Shown piece by piece: positions 44,458 through 47,265 of a stretch of DNA of 47,265 nt (within the stretch, counting starts at the first letter, position 1; each line of letters begins with the position of its first letter). Made by a program: the position numbers and the translations under genes. The stretch comes from Candidatus Saccharimonadota bacterium (GTDB taxonomy: Bacteria > Patescibacteriota > Saccharimonadia > Saccharimonadales > UBA10212), in the NCBI GenBank assembly GCA_028288985.1, contig JAQGHE010000051.1, positions 1 through 47,265 on the forward strand, read 5' to 3'. Under the pieces are notes generated by a model, which was given only the letters and a program-made list of their open reading frames with translations, was not told the DNA's origin and did no database searches.

Positions 44458-44883
44458 ATGATTAATTTTCGTCTAGTTTCGGCAACCGGCACCAAATTTG
44501 AAGGCGATGTCTACGAGGTTATCCTGCCGGCCCAAGGCGGGGCGATTGCCGTATTTGAAGATCACATGCCCCTTATCAGTGCGGCCACCGGCGGCGTGAT
44601 AAGCGTGCGCGTCAAACCGACTGACCGCGATGACGACATGAAGCACTTCGCCGTCAGCGGCGGCCTGCTGGAGGTTGATGGTAAAAATCTGCGTTTCTTA
44701 AGCGATGACGTGACATCGTCCGACGAGGTCAGCGAAAAAGAAGCCGAAGCGGCGCTGGCCCGTGCTAAGGAATTGGTTGCTAATGCCGGCTCCCGCGCTG
44801 CTCTGCATGAGGCTCACCGCGTGCTGGCTCACAGCACCGCCAAATTACATATTGCCCGGATCAAACGCCGTCACCACAACTAA
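44458..44883 (+). CDS. atpC: F0F1 ATP synthase subunit epsilon
   Basis: 141 aa. Last gene of the operon, with a beta-sandwich N-terminal domain and a helical tail. Its stop overlaps the stop of the convergent carboxypeptidase gene. Confidence 0.8.
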   Translation: MINFRLVSATGTKFEGDVYEVILPAQGGAIAVFEDHMPLISAATGGVISVRVKPTDRDDDMKHFAVSGGLLEVDGKNLRFLSDDVTSSDEVSEKEAEAALARAKELVANAGSRAALHEAHRVLAHSTAKLHIARIKRRHHN

Positions 44884-46358
44884 TAATTCAGTTTTACCTT
44901 GGCTGCCAGATGCTCTAGCAGATATTCGGAACTCAGTTTCTCGCCGGTTACCCGCTCTATAAGCTCGTCGGCGTGGTAGCGGCGCCCGTGGCGATGGATA
45001 TTCTCTCGCTGCCAGCCAAGCAGCCCCTTAAACTTCCCTTTGGCAAAATCTTCGTCCATGGTTGGCAGCGCCTTACGGGCTGTAGCAAAAAGCTGTGCGG
45101 CGTACAGATTGCCAAGCGTGTAAGTAGGAAAATAACCGAAGGCGCCGTGAGACCAATGCACGTCTTGAAGCACCCCCTCGGCGTCATTCTTTATATCAAG
45201 TCCCAGATATAGTTTGACCTTGGCGTTCCAGGCGGCCGGCAGATCAGCGACAGCCAGATTACCCTCAATCAGATCTTTTTCTAATTCGTATCTGATAATT
45301 ATGTGCAGATTATAGGTCACTTCGTCAGATTCCACCCGGATCGGGTTGGGCTGCACGCGGTTGAGCCAAAGATAAAGTTCTTCTTCTGAAAATTTCTGTG
45401 CGCCAAAGTGTTCGGCTAATTGCGGGTAAAGAAAGGATGTGAATGGGCGGCTGCGCCCCACAAAATTCTCCCAGGTACGCGACTGCGATTCGTGTATGCC
45501 AAGCGAGCCGGCTTCGCCAAGTGGCGTACCGTGCTCGCTCGCCGGCAGACCTTGCTCGTAAAGAGCGTGGCCCGTCTCATGAATAGTAGAACCAAGCGCC
45601 CCCCAAAAGTCATTCGAATCATAGCGCGTGGTAATACGAACGTCCGTGGGATGGAGGCTGATCGTGAAAGGGTGCGGGCTGATATCGATGCGTCCGGTGT
45701 GCAGGTCATAGCCAAGAGCAGCCGCAATTTTTTGATTTAAAATAACCTGCTTATCCAGTGGATACTGCCGAGCGGGCAGACTAGGCACGCTTCCGCGAAC
45801 GGAACCGATTAATTCCGCCAGGCTGGCGGCTAGCGGCTTAAACACGGCGTCGATCTTCTGCACGGTCATATCGGGCTCAAACTCGTCCAGCAGGGCGTCG
45901 TACGGCGAATCTTTATAGCCCAGCAGACGGGCCTCTTCTATCTTCATCTTAAGAATTTCGCCAAGCACAGGCTCATAGATCTTAAAGTCGCTCTTCTTTC
46001 TGGCTTCAACCCAGGCGCTAAACGCCTTAGTTGTCAGGCGGGCCATGCGCTCCACGAATTCCGTGGGCAGTTTTTTGGCCTGATCTATGTCGCGCTTGGT
46101 TTCACGGACAATCACTTTCTCGTCATCGGTGAGTGAGTTAAAAACTTCCGGATCGGCAAGTTTATTAACTAGGCTGGTAAGCTCATCACTGGTTATACGT
46201 TCATGCAGTTCTGAGGATAGCTGGGCATTAACTTCTCCCCGGTATTCGTGGGCGCGTTCCGGCAAATTCACCTCTTCGTCCCAGCTCATGAGCGCCAAGG
46301 CGGATCCCAATTTGGTCAGACTTTGCAGGCGGGCTCTAAGGGTTTGAATTTCGGTCAT
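44880..46358 (-). CDS. Carboxypeptidase Taq-type metallopeptidase (M32 family)
   Basis: 492 aa with HPFT, HETGHALYEQG (HExxH), GIHESQSR and IRVESDEVTYNLHI, which are the M32 signature blocks. Confidence 0.85.
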   Translation of the reverse strand: MTEIQTLRARLQSLTKLGSALALMSWDEEVNLPERAHEYRGEVNAQLSSELHERITSDELTSLVNKLADPEVFNSLTDDEKVIVRETKRDIDQAKKLPTEFVERMARLTTKAFSAWVEARKKSDFKIYEPVLGEILKMKIEEARLLGYKDSPYDALLDEFEPDMTVQKIDAVFKPLAASLAELIGSVRGSVPSLPARQYPLDKQVILNQKIAAALGYDLHTGRIDISPHPFTISLHPTDVRITTRYDSNDFWGALGSTIHETGHALYEQGLPASEHGTPLGEAGSLGIHESQSRTWENFVGRSRPFTSFLYPQLAEHFGAQKFSEEELYLWLNRVQPNPIRVESDEVTYNLHIIIRYELEKDLIEGNLAVADLPAAWNAKVKLYLGLDIKNDAEGVLQDVHWSHGAFGYFPTYTLGNLYAAQLFATARKALPTMDEDFAKGKFKGLLGWQRENIHRHGRRYHADELIERVTGEKLSSEYLLEHLAAKVKLNY

Positions 46359-46430
46359 CTATTAAATATAGCAAAGGAGTGTGTTAACAGGTTAAATATA
46401 GAACATTCTTTGCTATACTTGGGCATAAGT

Positions 46431-47265
46431 ATGACCAAACAAAGCGATGTCCGGTTATCTGTTGTAGTACCGGTGCATAACGAAAGCGCCGGACTGGAAA
46501 GATTCCATCAGTCTCTGCTTGATGTTCTTCCCGGAGCAAGTAAAGACTCATACGAAATTATTTATGTGGAAGATGGCAGTACGGACGACACCGCGGAAAT
46601 CATAAGATCGTGGGCCGCTAAGGACGACAGCATAAAGCTGGTTAAATTATCAAGAAACTTTGGCAAAGAGATCGCTACCACAGCCGGCATCCACGCCGCC
46701 CGCGGCCAAGCTATCATTACTATCGACGCCGATGGCCAGCATCCGCCGGAACTGATCAGCCAGTTCGTAAGCAAGTGGCGCGCCGGCAGCAAAGTCGTCG
46801 TCGGCATCCGAACCTCTAATCACAAGGAAGGTCTTGTAAAACGCTACGGCTCAAAACTATTCTACGGCCTCTTTAATCGCCTAACCGGGATGAAGTTAGT
46901 CCCCAGTTCCACCGATTTTCGGCTTATTGACCGGGCCGTTCAGACCGAATTCGTGCGGATGACTGAGCGTAACCGTATAACCCGCGGTTTAATCGACTGG
47001 CTTGGATACAAAAGGGACTTTGTTGAGTTTAGAGCCAATCCCAGGCTGGCCGGCGATGCGGGCTACTCATTTAAAAAACTTTTCAAACTAGCTATAGATA
47101 GCATGGTTTCTCTGAGCATTTCGCCGCTTTACATCACCGCCTACATAGGTGCCATAATTCTGCCTGTATCAACGCTGCTGGGCTTGTTCATGGTGGTTGA
47201 TGCCCTGGCCCGCGACCCCTTGCACTTGCACGCTACGGGCAGTGCTTATGTGATGGTGCTAATCT
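46431..47265 (+). CDS. Family 2 glycosyltransferase (polyprenyl-phosphate sugar transferase-like), 3'-truncated by the window edge
   Basis: Absent from the ORF track because it is open at the window end. My translation from ATG 46431 gives MTKQSDVRLSVVVPVHNESAGLERF...YEIIYVEDGSTDDT...ITIDADGQHPPE (DxD)...STDFRLIDR..., followed by C-terminal TM segments. Confidence 0.75.
   Translation, partial: MTKQSDVRLSVVVPVHNESAGLERFHQSLLDVLPGASKDSYEIIYVEDGSTDDTAEIIRSWAAKDDSIKLVKLSRNFGKEIATTAGIHAARGQAIITIDADGQHPPELISQFVSKWRAGSKVVVGIRTSNHKEGLVKRYGSKLFYGLFNRLTGMKLVPSSTDFRLIDRAVQTEFVRMTERNRITRGLIDWLGYKRDFVEFRANPRLAGDAGYSFKKLFKLAIDSMVSLSISPLYITAYIGAIILPVSTLLGLFMVVDALARDPLHLHATGSAYVMVLI

Overview
Gene-dense 47.3-kb bacterial window that looks like a whole contig, since genes run off both ends. 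Everything here comes from reading the sequence and the ORF track by eye, with no searches run.

Core flanks. The left flank (1-13 kb) holds a DHA2-type MFS transporter and a compact flavin/electron-transfer cluster: NDH-2, an RnfD-like/FNR-like fusion, ApbE and an FMN-binding exported protein. It also holds a DEAD-box helicase, a HIBADH/6PGDH-type dehydrogenase, a DUF892 ferritin-like protein and a bactofilin-repeat membrane protein. The right flank (26-47 kb) holds Pcm, a GH10 xylanase, RarA, an ABC-2 exporter pair, Zwf, a complete F1Fo ATP synthase operon (atpBEFHAGD C), an M32 carboxypeptidase and a partial GT2 glycosyltransferase. The many short orphan genes, frequent start/stop overlaps and minimal pathways are compatible with a reduced-genome lineage such as Patescibacteria/Saccharibacteria. 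That placement is inference only.

Accessory mosaic. The centre (about 13.9-26.1 kb) is an accessory mosaic in which a small set of repeated intergenic modules recurs at nearly every gene junction as nested inverted pairs. They surround an AT-rich core (17.7-24.4 kb, bracketed by 79-nt inverted repeats). That core carries an MmeI-like type IIL restriction-modification enzyme, a translationally coupled DUF3892/HEPN (TIGR02391-like) pair, a TGA-interrupted membrane protein and two coupled small ORFs.

Other signals:
- An ORF-free, stop-rich, GC-rich segment of about 670-720 nt (31.7-32.45 kb). It has a 14-bp long-range 5'/3' pairing, nested helices, a promoter and an intrinsic terminator, and is a candidate large structured RNA.
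- Two paralogous small RNA genes of about 110 nt, each with a near-consensus promoter and a terminator.
- Several GC3-rich single-gene cassettes, each placed behind an AT-rich near-consensus promoter.
- A shared GTTAAC-containing promoter that drives three apparently leaderless orphan genes.

I saw no rRNA, tRNA, CRISPR array, transposase or integrase.
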